Notes: a model not told the origin generated them from the letters alone. Numbered from the stretch's first letter, positions 38,985 through 51,501 are shown. The stretch: DNA of 64,000 bases from a virus (IMGVR_UViG_3300031994_002305:101073-165072), one strand, 5' to 3'. Numbers and translations: made by a program.

Positions 38985-39978
38985 TATGAAAACTAAATAC
39001 GGAATAGATTTTGTTACTAAAAAAGAATTTGTAAAGTGGATTGAAGAACATCTTAATGAAATTGATTTTGATGAAGATGTAATTACATTAGAATATTACC
39101 TAAAAGACGAAGATTAATATGAATACATTTTTAATTTGTGTTATTATTGTTCTTTTAATTGTAATAATATTTCTATTATTTAAAAGACCAAAAAATATTT
39201 TGATTCATAATGATTCAGATATAAGAAAGGGAATGGAATTACAAAGAAGAAAACAAGAGTATCATGATTATTTAGAATCATATTATTATGATACAATGCC
39301 ACCTTCATCGGTAAAAGATAGATATAGAGAAATTGAAAAGGAAGTTTTAGGACATTATTTAAATGATTAGATAATATGGAAGAAGTTAAAGATTATGTAG
39401 GCAATGTGCTTCATATTGGAGATGATGTAGTAGTTTTATCTTCGGGTAATTCCAGCTGGAGAAAAGGAAAAGTTACAGGATTTACAGATTTAAAATATGG
39501 AATTAAAGTTCAAGTTGAATATAATGATCATTGGTATTGCAATTTGAAACATTATGAATTAACTGGTACATATTATAAAACAGAACCAATTAAATTTCGT
39601 ATGAAACCTGTAAGAGTATCTATAGATACATTTAATGTTGTTAAATTGTTACCAGAATATTTAGATTAATATGTGGCTATTTTTATTATTTTTGTTTATT
39701 ACAATTTTGGGTGCATGGGGTGCATCTAGTGATCCTGATTTAGCTGATTATGTATGTAAGCATAAATATGAATATGATGGCGATTCATTTACACCAGATG
39801 ATAAACATTATGGTAGATATTATATTTGTTCTAAATGTAATAAAGAACATTTCATATCATATAAAGATTGGAGAGATATGAGAGATATATATCCAGATAA
39901 ATTTAAGTATTGGAAAAATCTACCTTATACAAAAAGATTAACAGAACAAATTGAAAGAGATAATAAAAACAATAAATT

Positions 39979-40818
39979 ATGAATTATTTTACTTATAAAG
40001 CAATTACATCAGGCCCTCGTTATTCAAATATGAAAGAAGGTCGAAATAATCGTATTCGTATTAAAGAACCTGTTATAGAACATACATATCCTAATGAACT
40101 GATTATTGATATTAATGAATTAAAAACACTTAGTCATCATACTTTAGGGGGAGGTTTTTGGAAGCATCGTAATGTATCATTTATTGATGAGAATGAATAT
40201 AACAATGTGTTGAAAGATAAATTGTTTTATCCTACACAATCTCCTAACTATGAATTTACTTCATATATAGGTGCAGTAATGATTCATAGTGCTAGTGGTT
40301 ATGATATTTTAACATATGTTGGTACTCGAAAAGAATATGCTAATAAGATTATGCTATTACCAATTCACATGCTTAAATATGGGGAATATGAAGAGTATAT
40401 GTGTATGGCAGGATATCTACCAAAACGTAATGTAAAATGTTTTTTCAAAAAAGAAGATATTGATGAACATTTTGATAAAGCAAATGCTAAAGCTAAAGCA
40501 AATAGCGAAGCTTTAAAGAAAGCATCAGATCATGCTAGATCTTTAGCTCCAGTATTTTCGCTTAAGACTCCAAAGTTTAAAATTACTGAAGTTGTTAAGA
40601 AAACAGAATATCTTAGAGGAGCTGGTGTCGGTGATATTATTTATGCAGAAATTCCTGTAATTAAAGAATCTGATGATCGTAAATTTGGTGCTCTTAAAGG
40701 AATTGGAACTCTTACTAACTGGGTTACTTTATATGTAAATGATAAACCAGTTAATACAATTAGTCCTAAAGTATTCCCACAATTGTTCTTTTATAATATC
40801 GTTGTTGAAGAAGTTTAA
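39979..40818 (+). CDS. hypothetical protein
   Basis: 279 aa ORF. Confidence 0.8.
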   Translation: MNYFTYKAITSGPRYSNMKEGRNNRIRIKEPVIEHTYPNELIIDINELKTLSHHTLGGGFWKHRNVSFIDENEYNNVLKDKLFYPTQSPNYEFTSYIGAVMIHSASGYDILTYVGTRKEYANKIMLLPIHMLKYGEYEEYMCMAGYLPKRNVKCFFKKEDIDEHFDKANAKAKANSEALKKASDHARSLAPVFSLKTPKFKITEVVKKTEYLRGAGVGDIIYAEIPVIKESDDRKFGALKGIGTLTNWVTLYVNDKPVNTISPKVFPQLFFYNIVVEEV

Positions 40819-41635
40819 TTTTTACTTTAAAATTTCTATATTAAATTTGAATTAAATTAAATAGTATGAGTAAACATATAGTTGATATATTTCTTGAAAA
40901 GAAAGATTATGATATAGTGAACGTAATGTTAATTCATAGTTTCATGGATTATGGGTATGGAGTACTATTTTCACAATTTCCAATAAAAAATGAATTTGTG
41001 AAATATGATGAAAATAATAATCCAATATTTAAACGTACATATCTTATAAGTAATATTATACTAGATTATCAAGGCGGATATGTTATTGAACCTATTGGTG
41101 AATGGGAAGATTATTTAGGACATGTTACATTATATGATTCAAAAGATATAGATTTTTTTAATAGAAACGTTAAACAACTATTAATGTAATTAGTTTTTAT
41201 TAATTATGAACATTTTTGAAAGATTCGATAGTTTACACAGGGAATGGTGTCATGTATCTGCACAAATATCTGAAATAGTAAGCAAATGGGTTGAAGAACA
41301 TGTAGGATTTGTTACTGATGAAACTCCTTATGATTGTTACAAAGGATTAACCCGTCCTGAAGAGTTTGGATGGTCACTCATTGGTAATAATAAAGTACAA
41401 ATTTCATATGCAGTATATGAAGATAAATATGGAGATTATTGGAGTGATGAAAAATATGTAACAGTAGAATATGATGAATTACTAAAATATATTGAAAAAT
41501 AAATATGGGAGATTATTTATTTAATTTTACTTTAGGAAAGTATGAATTTGGAATAATGAAACATTTTAACACCATATATTTTAACAATGGATATATGAAG
41601 TCGTTTTTATGGTTTTATATTTATAGCGATTAATT

Positions 41636-42259
41636 ATGGGTGCATATACAGATACATATATTAAAATTGACAAAATAGATAAAAAAACTATAGATAGATT
41701 AGTTAAACATGCTCTTAAGTCAATTAAATGGTCTACTTATGGAGAAGTATTAGAAAATGGATGGGAAAGAGGTCTTGCTGATTGGCTTGAAATACATGAA
41801 AAGAATTATGATTATTTTGTTAAAGAATGTGGAGTTGATCCAGCAAAAATGACAAAAGAATATTTGACTGAAGAACTTCGTAAAAAAGTTAATGAAACTA
41901 AATCAAAAATTAATGATCTTAATTTGGTTTTAGAAGGTAAAATGGATTTGTTTGAATGTCTCAAGAAAAATCATATGCTTAAAGATTACGATAATTTTTC
42001 AGTTAGAAAGTATAATGGAGAATATTACATTAATACTTTACATGAGATATTTCGTAATTATGAATATGATCAATTACGAATTAATTTACATACTGTTGAA
42101 GATTTAATTAATCATCTTAAGCAGCCTTATTTAAAATCAATTAAAGATTTAACTGTTGATGATTCAGAATACGGACCATTAACCCCAGAACTTGAAAAAA
42201 AGATTAGAGATTATTATGGGGCTATTGGTGATAACAATTTTTTAGTTAATTTTGGATAA
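41636..42259 (+). CDS. hypothetical protein
   Basis: 207 aa ORF. Confidence 0.8.
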   Translation: MGAYTDTYIKIDKIDKKTIDRLVKHALKSIKWSTYGEVLENGWERGLADWLEIHEKNYDYFVKECGVDPAKMTKEYLTEELRKKVNETKSKINDLNLVLEGKMDLFECLKKNHMLKDYDNFSVRKYNGEYYINTLHEIFRNYEYDQLRINLHTVEDLINHLKQPYLKSIKDLTVDDSEYGPLTPELEKKIRDYYGAIGDNNFLVNFG

Positions 42260-42662
42260 TATGGATAAAGAAAAATTATATGATATATTAGTTGATCATA
42301 TTAAAAAGGAATGGACTAAAAGGGTTGAAAAAGATATTGATTATGAAAATAGAATTATAAATCAACCTGACACTGAAATAGATTATAAGAAAATTTTAGA
42401 ACATGATCAATTGCGTCATAAAGGTCGCATAGATGAACTTAATGAGTTAATAGAGTTTATTGAACATACAGAATATAATTTAATGTGATATGTCATATAA
42501 AGAACCTTATTTTGCAAGATACGTTAAGTCATGGCGAAAACCTCCCAAATATGAACCAAGAAAAATAAAAGTAAAGCCATTACAACATTGTGCAGCATGT
42601 ACAAGAACATGTGATTATTATGATGAACCTGGTTTATGTCCATTTTATAATATGCAATAAAT

Positions 42663-43073
42663 ATGAAAAAATATGATTATAATTTTAAAATACAATTAAG
42701 AGCAGTACCTTATGCATCATCTAGTCATGTTTTAGAATATAGATTAGATCCTAATCAAGATCTTACATATGAAGAGGAAAAAACATATTTCTTTGGTTTA
42801 TTTAAAAGAAAGGTAATTAAGTCATTTGATACAGATTGGCATCAAATTCGTTTGTTTTGTAATGGAGTGACTTCACATATGTATGATGCAAATGATGATT
42901 TTAATTATGCTCCAATATGGTGTGAATCTAAAAATGATTTAGAATATTATAAATCACAATTTAATACTTATGGAGATCTAGCAACATATATAAGAAAACA
43001 TAATGAAAAGGCTCGTGAACAACACGCAAAAGACCGAGCAGCTTATTTGAAAAGCCGTAAAATAATATATTGA
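42663..43073 (+). CDS. hypothetical protein
   Basis: 136 aa ORF. Confidence 0.75.
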   Translation: MKKYDYNFKIQLRAVPYASSSHVLEYRLDPNQDLTYEEEKTYFFGLFKRKVIKSFDTDWHQIRLFCNGVTSHMYDANDDFNYAPIWCESKNDLEYYKSQFNTYGDLATYIRKHNEKAREQHAKDRAAYLKSRKIIY

Positions 43074-43074
43074 T

Positions 43075-43761
43075 ATGTCAAAAAAAGAAAAAAGTACAAT
43101 ATTATTTAGTCGTAATGGAATTAAAATTGAAAAAATTGAATTTCTTGATATGACTAAATATGAAAATAAAAAAGATAATAATTCTTGTTTTAAAGAAACA
43201 TATACATCTATTTTAGACACGAAAGAAATTATAAAAGGTAAACCAGCATGGGATGAAAAAATAAGAAAAGAATCAGTGCTTGGTTTTTACTATTATTGGA
43301 CTATACATCATTCTGCAACACAAGACAGATATATTGAAGATACGGCTACATATGTAAAATATATTGCGAAGTTTGGAAATACACGATATGAATTTATATA
43401 TCCTACATCATATAATAATGTATCAATAAATAAAGAAACTCGTCCATGGGATATATTACCAGGTTATAAGGGAATTCCAGATCATTTTATTACAGATCTT
43501 TATAAAGAAATTAATAAAATGTTTGATGTTTTTGAATCTGAACGAATTCCATTTAGAATTATGAAAGGCACATATAGTACACAATGGAAAGATCAATATT
43601 CATCAGATATGAGTTGGATTAAAACTGAAAAGAATCGTATATTCTTAGATATATTTGGTGATACAAAAGGACCAGAAGGATTAGTTAATTATAATGATAT
43701 TAAAATAATGTCGCATGGATTTGATTTAAAAGAATCATTTAGAAAAAGAAAAGAAAGTTAA
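43075..43761 (+). CDS. hypothetical protein
   Basis: 228 aa ORF. Confidence 0.8.
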   Translation: MSKKEKSTILFSRNGIKIEKIEFLDMTKYENKKDNNSCFKETYTSILDTKEIIKGKPAWDEKIRKESVLGFYYYWTIHHSATQDRYIEDTATYVKYIAKFGNTRYEFIYPTSYNNVSINKETRPWDILPGYKGIPDHFITDLYKEINKMFDVFESERIPFRIMKGTYSTQWKDQYSSDMSWIKTEKNRIFLDIFGDTKGPEGLVNYNDIKIMSHGFDLKESFRKRKES

Positions 43762-44906
43762 TATGAATGAATATACATCTATTAGTGAAGCAATTCAAGA
43801 TTTAGAAATATTAAAAGAAAAGTTTAGATATTATCAAAGTCGTCAAGAAAGTGCAAAACGAGATTTATTAATGTATGACCCTTATGATTACGAAGATGAA
43901 GACGTATCAAAGGAAGAACATGAAAAACGATATTATGCAGAAATAGAAGCTAATAAATATACGTTAAGACATCTCGAATATGACATTAAAGAACTTCGTA
44001 AAATTGTTAAAAATTTAAATAGAAAACAAAATGAAGAACGATTGGGCAGGTCATCCAACGTTTGATTATGCAACATTTACTACATATAAAGTAAATGTAT
44101 TTGGTCATATCTGTGTTGTTGAAGAATATCAAGATGGAGATATTTGGTCAGATAATGAATATTGGGGTTCAAGATTATGGGATTTTGATGGCAATAGATA
44201 TTTGACTGTTTCTGGATATGAATATGGGGGAGATGATTATGAAAATATAATTAATAGATGGCAAAAACATGGTGATCCATGGGATAATACAATTGATGAA
44301 CATATTGAAATGTGTCCTGATGATATCGATGCACTGAATTTTTATAAAGCGTGGATTAAATCTGATGTTTATGATGCATCAGAATTTTATAAGAAATATT
44401 ATAATAAAGAAAATGATAACAGCCCAAGAGTGTAGAGACATACAAAGAGATATGCAAGCATATCATAATAGATATACTACATTATATAGATTAGAAAGAT
44501 TAGATAAACTTATTAGAGAAAGAGTAAATAGTAAATATAATTTTAGAAGTTTACCTCTTAATAATACTGAGTTTTCCAAATTAACAATTTTAGAAAAAAA
44601 ATTTTTACAAATAAAAGGGTTTAAAATTTGGGAAGGTCATGGTGGTAAATGTGGAACATTTGATATAATTGGTTGGTAATATGATTAAAATATTTATTAC
44701 AATTTGTTATTTAATATCTATATTAATTGCATATATTATTTTTAGATTTATTAATATTAAACATAACGGAGATGAACCACAAGGTGTATCATTAATAATG
44801 TCTCTATTTTGGCCAATAATAATTATCATGTGTATGATAATGTATATTGGTAAATGTATTGATTATGTTATTAAATTTTTATTAAAAATCAATTATCTTA
44901 TAAAAA

Positions 44907-45788
44907 ATGGGAGAAATTAAAGAAAGACATTTAACATATTGGCAAAATTCAAATGGAACATCAACATATCCATCTGAACGTTATGTTGTTTTATTTAGTA
45001 CATGGGATGATATGCCTAGATCACGTACATGTACTAAATATGAAACATTAGATGAGGCATTAGAAGAAATTAAACTTATCAATAAACTATATACAGATAC
45101 ACCTAAGCCACAAAAGAATTATCATGATAATGGAAAACTTGCTAATAAAGGATGGTATGGTAAATATCAAAAATATGATTGGGATTTTTCTAATGGAGCA
45201 TATTTTTGGGGTTATGCTTTATTAGATATGCAGGAATGTAAATTCGTTAAAGTTGTTAATGGATTTCATTATGGTGGTTTTTCAATATTTCCAAAAAATA
45301 ATGATTTATCTATTTATGATTTTTATTTCAGAAAAGATAATGAAATACCATTTGATTTTACTTGGGATAAAAATGAATATGATGGATGGCTTCAATTTAG
45401 ATGGGGTGATGGTAAAAATGCAATAGGTTATGTAGACTCAAATAAAAAAGAACGTCCTGGTGTAGATGAATGGTGGGATATATACGATGAAGCTACCGAT
45501 ACTTATAAAAGACAAAAAGTTCGTGTTGTATATGTAGATTGGAATGATCCATTACCAAAGAAAGAAAAAGGAATTAAATATTTAAGACCAAATAAAGAAC
45601 CTGTTATATTTCCTGGAGAATTTGGTTATGACGTAGATACATCAATAAATGAATGGGCTTTACAGGAAGAGTTAGCTGGTGATGAATATTTAAATAAAGG
45701 GGGAACTTTCGATAAACAAGAAACAACTTCTTCAATTGCAGATATACTTGGTGATAATAATCCACTTTTAAAATTATTGAATAAGTAA
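44907..45788 (+). CDS. hypothetical protein
   Basis: 293 aa ORF. Confidence 0.8.
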   Translation: MGEIKERHLTYWQNSNGTSTYPSERYVVLFSTWDDMPRSRTCTKYETLDEALEEIKLINKLYTDTPKPQKNYHDNGKLANKGWYGKYQKYDWDFSNGAYFWGYALLDMQECKFVKVVNGFHYGGFSIFPKNNDLSIYDFYFRKDNEIPFDFTWDKNEYDGWLQFRWGDGKNAIGYVDSNKKERPGVDEWWDIYDEATDTYKRQKVRVVYVDWNDPLPKKEKGIKYLRPNKEPVIFPGEFGYDVDTSINEWALQEELAGDEYLNKGGTFDKQETTSSIADILGDNNPLLKLLNK

Positions 45789-45822
45789 TATCTATTTTAT
45801 ATAAAATTATGTTTAGATATAT

Positions 45823-46326
45823 ATGAAATTTGATAATAAAATAGTAGATACATATCAAAATACAATAGATAATTTTCCATTTGAAAATATAGGTAAACTT
45901 ATTGGAGAAAATCGCATAGATGCAAATATAAGACAAGAATCTCCCATAATGTCATATAATGATTATGGGAGTATTAGATATTGTTCAGGTTGTATCGAAG
46001 AACCAATAACAACAATTGAATTATGTGGTACAACATCTCAATTACAAGCACTTGACAATGATTTATCATGTTGTGTAACGGGATATGATGAAAAAACTGC
46101 TCGTATAGAAAAGTTAGAACGAGAATTTAATGGATATAAAGATGAAATAACAGATTTAAAATGTAAGATTAGTGATTATAAACAAAAAATAAGAGAGTTA
46201 AAACAAGCTATTAAATATGAAGCAGATACAGATTTCTTTTATTCTACTGCATATAAACATTGTTTAGAAATAATTAAAGATACATTTAAAAAGTTAGACC
46301 AATATCACGATAATTATGATTCTTAG
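45823..46326 (+). CDS. hypothetical coiled-coil protein
   Basis: 167 aa ORF with heptad-rich C-terminal half. Confidence 0.7.
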   Translation: MKFDNKIVDTYQNTIDNFPFENIGKLIGENRIDANIRQESPIMSYNDYGSIRYCSGCIEEPITTIELCGTTSQLQALDNDLSCCVTGYDEKTARIEKLEREFNGYKDEITDLKCKISDYKQKIRELKQAIKYEADTDFFYSTAYKHCLEIIKDTFKKLDQYHDNYDS

Positions 46327-47248
46327 TATTGATTTTAGAACAGACATACCTGCATTTTATTCAGAATGGATTGTCAATAGATTTAAAGAAGGATATTTAT
46401 ATTTTCGTAATCCAGCATATCCATCTACTTTGCATAAAGTAATTTTAGATAAAGAACATATTGAAGGAATTATTTGGTGTTCAAAAAATTATCTTCCAAT
46501 TCTTCATGAATTACATACAATAACTGATAAATTTCCAAGCATATTTCATTATACAATAACTGGATATGGGAAAGACATTGAACCAAATGTACCAAGTTTG
46601 GAGCAATCTATTTACACTTTCAAAGAACTTTCAATGAGATATGGCAAAGAAAAAGTAATTTGGAGATTTGATCCTATCTTCTATTGTAAAGATTTTGTTC
46701 AAAAAGAAACACTTGAAAGATTTGAAAAGATTTGTGATGAACTTCACTATTATACAGATAGAGTTGTAGTCAATTTTGTATCTCCTTATGAAAAGGTAAA
46801 AAGACATTTACCTGAAATGATTTCGTTATTAGACATTGAAAAGGAATCACTTATAAAGAACATACTTAAAATTTGTCAAAAATACAACTTAAAATTACAA
46901 ACATGTGGTAATGGGTTGCAATTCAAAGACTTGGGAGGAGTTGAAGTTACTGGGTGTCTTGATGAACATGCATTAAACTTGATGGGAATTTATCCTAAAG
47001 CTCCTAAAGGAAATGCTGTTCCATGGGGATGCTTATGTTATCCAAATACATCAATAGGTGAATATAATACATGTCTTCATAAATGTAAATATTGTTATGC
47101 TTCTGCTGATTTTAATAAGTGCGATGAAAATTATAAATTACACGATTCTAAATCACCTTTATTAATTGGTTGGCCAAAAGGTAATGAAGATATTATTGAA
47201 ATGAAGCCTAAGTTATTAAATACAAAACAACTTAAATTAGAATTTTAA
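46316..47248 (+). CDS. DUF1848 family radical-SAM-like protein
   Basis: RTDIPAFYSEW, WSKN-type motif, IEPNVP, VIWRFDPI, IGEYNTCLHKCKYCYA (CxxxCxxC). Confidence 0.88.
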   Translation: MILSIDFRTDIPAFYSEWIVNRFKEGYLYFRNPAYPSTLHKVILDKEHIEGIIWCSKNYLPILHELHTITDKFPSIFHYTITGYGKDIEPNVPSLEQSIYTFKELSMRYGKEKVIWRFDPIFYCKDFVQKETLERFEKICDELHYYTDRVVVNFVSPYEKVKRHLPEMISLLDIEKESLIKNILKICQKYNLKLQTCGNGLQFKDLGGVEVTGCLDEHALNLMGIYPKAPKGNAVPWGCLCYPNTSIGEYNTCLHKCKYCYASADFNKCDENYKLHDSKSPLLIGWPKGNEDIIEMKPKLLNTKQLKLEF

Positions 47249-47274
47249 AGGGGAGATTCAAATCTCCCCCTTTT
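47247..47274. terminator. bidirectional terminator
   Basis: AAGGGGAGATT-ca-AATCTCCCC(C)TT at a convergent junction. Confidence 0.75.
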
Positions 47275-49012
47275 ATATTAATATTTGTTCTAAATTTTCT
47301 TCATCAGAATAATTTAATTCATCTTTAAAAATTAAATTAGGATATTTATATTTTAATTCTTTTAAATTTAATTTAAGTTTATCATAATTAGTAATATAAT
47401 AATACTTATCTTTATTTTTTTGACACAAATCAATTATTGAATCAAAATTATTTAAATTAGATACATTTATAACATTTGCTAAATATCTATTATATATTAA
47501 TTTATCATTATACTTTATTGCTAAAAAATTTCCAACAAGATATTCAATTAATATTGCAGGAGATCTTTGCTGAATACAATGAACATTATTTGAATAATCA
47601 TAATATGTTATACCAATATCATATACTGTTTTATATCGCATAATTGTATTAGAATATATATCGTACATATTATCAATATACATATTCATATTTTTTTCAT
47701 TAGTATAATCACCAAACACGTATTTTAAAAATCCATCAATATATTCCATTATTTCACAAAATATTTCCCATTTACATATGTACATTGTTTTTAATACGGG
47801 ATTCACTTTATATAAATTATTTCTAGCATCATCAATATTAATATTAAAATATTTTTGTTGATATTTAATTATATCAATCAAATAATAATTAAATCCCATA
47901 AAATCAAGAGTATGTAATATTGGAGTTGTCATTAAAGAATCTTTAAATTTATAATATACATATCCTTGATCTAACTTATTATAATCAATATCATTTACAT
48001 TAAATTGTCTTCTATAATGAGAAAATCCTACATATTTTGATTTTATATTATTTTTCCAAACATAGTACATTGCCGTATATTCACCAAATATATAATGTAA
48101 ATGATTAATATTTACACAATCATTTCTTATTTGTGATGTCTGATATAATTGTATTATATTTGTATTTTTTAATTTATATGAATCTATAAATGAAGGATCA
48201 TGATAAGCACACCAAATAGTTAATGTATGTTTACTTAATTTATTTGGAACATCACATGAGGAAGGATTTTTAAAATTAATTTTTCTAATAATTAAAATAT
48301 TATCATTGTTTTTAAGAACATCAAAAATATTTTCTTCTTTTACAACCATAGGGTGTGAATCATTTTCATAAAATTTATGATATCTTAAATTACAATTGAT
48401 TATATTATATTTATTAATTAATTCTTCATCTTCATTACATAAATCATAAATAATTAATTGTGTTAATAACATTTCATCAAATGCTCCATGCTCTATAACT
48501 ATTTCAGAATTACAAAAATCATTAATATAATTATTTACATTTGATTCATATTTTAATATTTCATTAACAACAGTTTTATATAATGAACTCCATTGTGATC
48601 CCAAATATATTTTTTTATCAGAATTAACATATCTTGCACATTCATCATTATTCCAATACATTAAATATGTTTTATCATTATTTACAAAAAACTGTTTAAA
48701 ATATTGTAAAGGTTTTGCTAAATAACAATGATCACTAAAAAAGTGATAATAATCATAATTATAATTATTATTTGCTATTTTTAACATATCGAACATTATT
48801 TTTGCTAAATTTGTTGAAAATCTAGGACAATCATACAAATGTCCAATATATTTTATATTATAATTGTTTTGATTAAAATTATCTATTGTGTTATATGTTT
48901 CACTATCTATGTGAATATATAAATCTATATCATTATCATTTTCAAATTGCTTAATACAATTTTCTAAATATTCATATCCATACGATGATAATATGATAAT
49001 AGCATGCTTCAT
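47273..49012 (-). CDS. fused glycosyltransferase: GT14/branching-enzyme-like plus DUF4422-like domain
   Basis: LYIHID, YDYYHFFS..CY, GSQW, DE, RK in the N-half; EYTAMYYVWKN...YVGFSHYRR in the C-half. Confidence 0.7.
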   Translation of the reverse strand: MKHAIIILSSYGYEYLENCIKQFENDNDIDLYIHIDSETYNTIDNFNQNNYNIKYIGHLYDCPRFSTNLAKIMFDMLKIANNNYNYDYYHFFSDHCYLAKPLQYFKQFFVNNDKTYLMYWNNDECARYVNSDKKIYLGSQWSSLYKTVVNEILKYESNVNNYINDFCNSEIVIEHGAFDEMLLTQLIIYDLCNEDEELINKYNIINCNLRYHKFYENDSHPMVVKEENIFDVLKNNDNILIIRKINFKNPSSCDVPNKLSKHTLTIWCAYHDPSFIDSYKLKNTNIIQLYQTSQIRNDCVNINHLHYIFGEYTAMYYVWKNNIKSKYVGFSHYRRQFNVNDIDYNKLDQGYVYYKFKDSLMTTPILHTLDFMGFNYYLIDIIKYQQKYFNINIDDARNNLYKVNPVLKTMYICKWEIFCEIMEYIDGFLKYVFGDYTNEKNMNMYIDNMYDIYSNTIMRYKTVYDIGITYYDYSNNVHCIQQRSPAILIEYLVGNFLAIKYNDKLIYNRYLANVINVSNLNNFDSIIDLCQKNKDKYYYITNYDKLKLNLKELKYKYPNLIFKDELNYSDEENLEQILI

Positions 49013-50792
49013 TTTTTATATTATATTTGAATATTTTTAATTACTGTACTATTTATTAAATATTAAATAAATAATATTATAAAATAGTTAGTTATATGTT
49101 TCCATTTAAAAAGAAAACAATTTCTGTTTGGATTGGCGTTAATAAAAATGGTAATATTTCCATGCATACAGTAGAGCCAACAAAGGATGAAGAACTCGGT
49201 ATTTGGGTATCTAATTCACCATTTGTCAATAGTGTTTTGTATGATAATTTTCAGAAGATGATTGAAAAGACTCCAATGAATTGGGAATCATCTCCACAGC
49301 CATTTCAAATAGAGATTAAATAATCATTTATTAGATAGCTCTAGAAAGCCTTCTAATGACATAAAAATATAAAAATATAGATTTATTATGATTCTTGAAT
49401 CGTATGATAAATATGAATACAAGTGCCCTGATATAAGTGGATATTCATTACCTACAATAATTTCAAAATTTAATGCATGGGGTCAGGAAGGATGGGAAGT
49501 TATATCATTCAGTCTTGATAAGTATCAGGTTTTATTAAAAAGAAAAATAATGTGTACTAAAGTCGATAATTTATAATAACATGACAAATTATTGTAAACA
49601 AGAACGATTAAAAGTATATAATTTATATCTTAAACATCTTAAACTAGATACGGTAGAAACTTATAGAAATTATATTAGAGCCGTACAAGATTTTAAAGAT
49701 AGATTTCATAAAAGATTTGACCCACTTTATTTATGTGACGAATATGATATTTTTGGTATAACATGGCATGGTTCTAAGGAAAATCCAATGATACCAATGG
49801 AATTTATAGATAAATATAAAATTGTAAATTTTGAATTGATTAAAATATGAAGATATTAAAATTTTTGTTTTTACTTATTTTAAGATTGATTTGTATACCA
49901 TTGTTACCCATAAGTATGGTAACTGGTGCGTTTATTGATTTTATTCTTGGTATAGTAATGATTTTGCTATTAATATTAACAGGAAAATTTTATGATGATA
50001 TAATTGAATATTTTCTAGTAACAATGGCTTGGCCTTTATATTTATATGATATAATAGAAAAAAAGATAAACAAAAATTAAAGAAATATGAAAGGTCCATC
50101 ATTAGAAAACCAATATAATCAAATTCAAGAAAAGATTAAAGAACGAATTGATATATATAAATCTAAACATTTTAAATCTAAGTATATAAGCGAAGATGAA
50201 TTTATTAAATCATTTCAAAAGTTTTATGTTCAAGAGTCAGATTATTTATATGACCCTAAATATCCTGTAGGAATGGGTTGTGGTCCAATTCGTATTAGTA
50301 GATGGAAATTGTATAAATTTGATAAAGAGAAATTTGAAATTTGTAAAACTAAAAATCCTATAGAACTTAATTGTAAGGAATGCCAATGTTGTGGGTTATG
50401 GGATATTGATGGACATTATAAAATTCCATGCTATAATATAATGAAAATAAAATTAGATTTATAATAGTTACAAATTGAATTATATAAATGGAAAAGATAA
50501 CAATTAAATCAAAAGACATTACAATTGAGTTTGATTATAATAAACTGTGTAGTATTATATTAGGTTGGTCACTTGAAGAAAGAATTAATTTGATTCATTA
50601 TATTCTAAATCATTCAAGAGGCAATGAGAAACCACTTAAAGAATTAGCACAATTAGAATATGATTGTTCAATTCGAAATGCTAAACAATTTGATGAAATG
50701 TCTCGCGATAAAATTTTAGACTGTCCCACATATAAAGATGTATCAGATCGTTATCAAAAAGATGCAGATTGTTGGAAAACATTTTTAGATAT

Positions 50793-51371
50793 ATGAAAGT
50801 AATATTTTTAGATTTTGATGGAGTTATAACAATTCCTCCTAAATGGCATATTAAAGCTGATAAAATAAAATATATTAAACAAATTGTGGATGTAACAGGA
50901 GCAAAAATTGTTATATCTTCATCGTGGCGCATGAGGTCTGTTGATGAAACTATTGAAAAAATGATAGGTAGACCAAAAAGATGTCCAAAAAATAAAATGC
51001 TTAATTGGCTTATTGATAATTTTTATGATGTAACTCCATGGTGTGGAGCAACTAAATATAATGGACAAGGTCGTGGTGGAGAAATACAAACATGGTTAGA
51101 TGAGCACCCTGAAGTTGATAATTATGTTATATTGGATGATGATGGAGATATGATGGATCAACAGTTATTTCATTTTGTCGAAACTAATTATGAAGATGGA
51201 ATAACTGAGCTTGAAACAAATTGGTGCATTAAGATACTTAATAGAAAGTTCTTTCAAAATTCAATGGCTATTAATTTTACATTACGGAATGAATGGATTA
51301 ATAAATGTAAAGGATTACCTAATAGACAAGAAGAACTTTGGAAATATAATGATCATTGTAAAGAAAAATAG
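50793..51371 (+). CDS. HAD-superfamily phosphatase (HAD_SAK_2, RNA-repair-like)
   Basis: FLDFDGV, KIVISSSWR, RGGEIQTWL, YVILDDD; start at 50793. Confidence 0.85.
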   Translation: MKVIFLDFDGVITIPPKWHIKADKIKYIKQIVDVTGAKIVISSSWRMRSVDETIEKMIGRPKRCPKNKMLNWLIDNFYDVTPWCGATKYNGQGRGGEIQTWLDEHPEVDNYVILDDDGDMMDQQLFHFVETNYEDGITELETNWCIKILNRKFFQNSMAINFTLRNEWINKCKGLPNRQEELWKYNDHCKEK

Positions 51372-51501
51372 ATATGAAAATAACATGTGATAAAAATTGT
51401 CCAAAATGTAAATTTTATTTGAAAATATATGATGGATATTTTGAGAGTTATCGTTGTGCACAAAATATTAAAGATGACTTAAATTTAATTAAAAAATAGA
51501 C

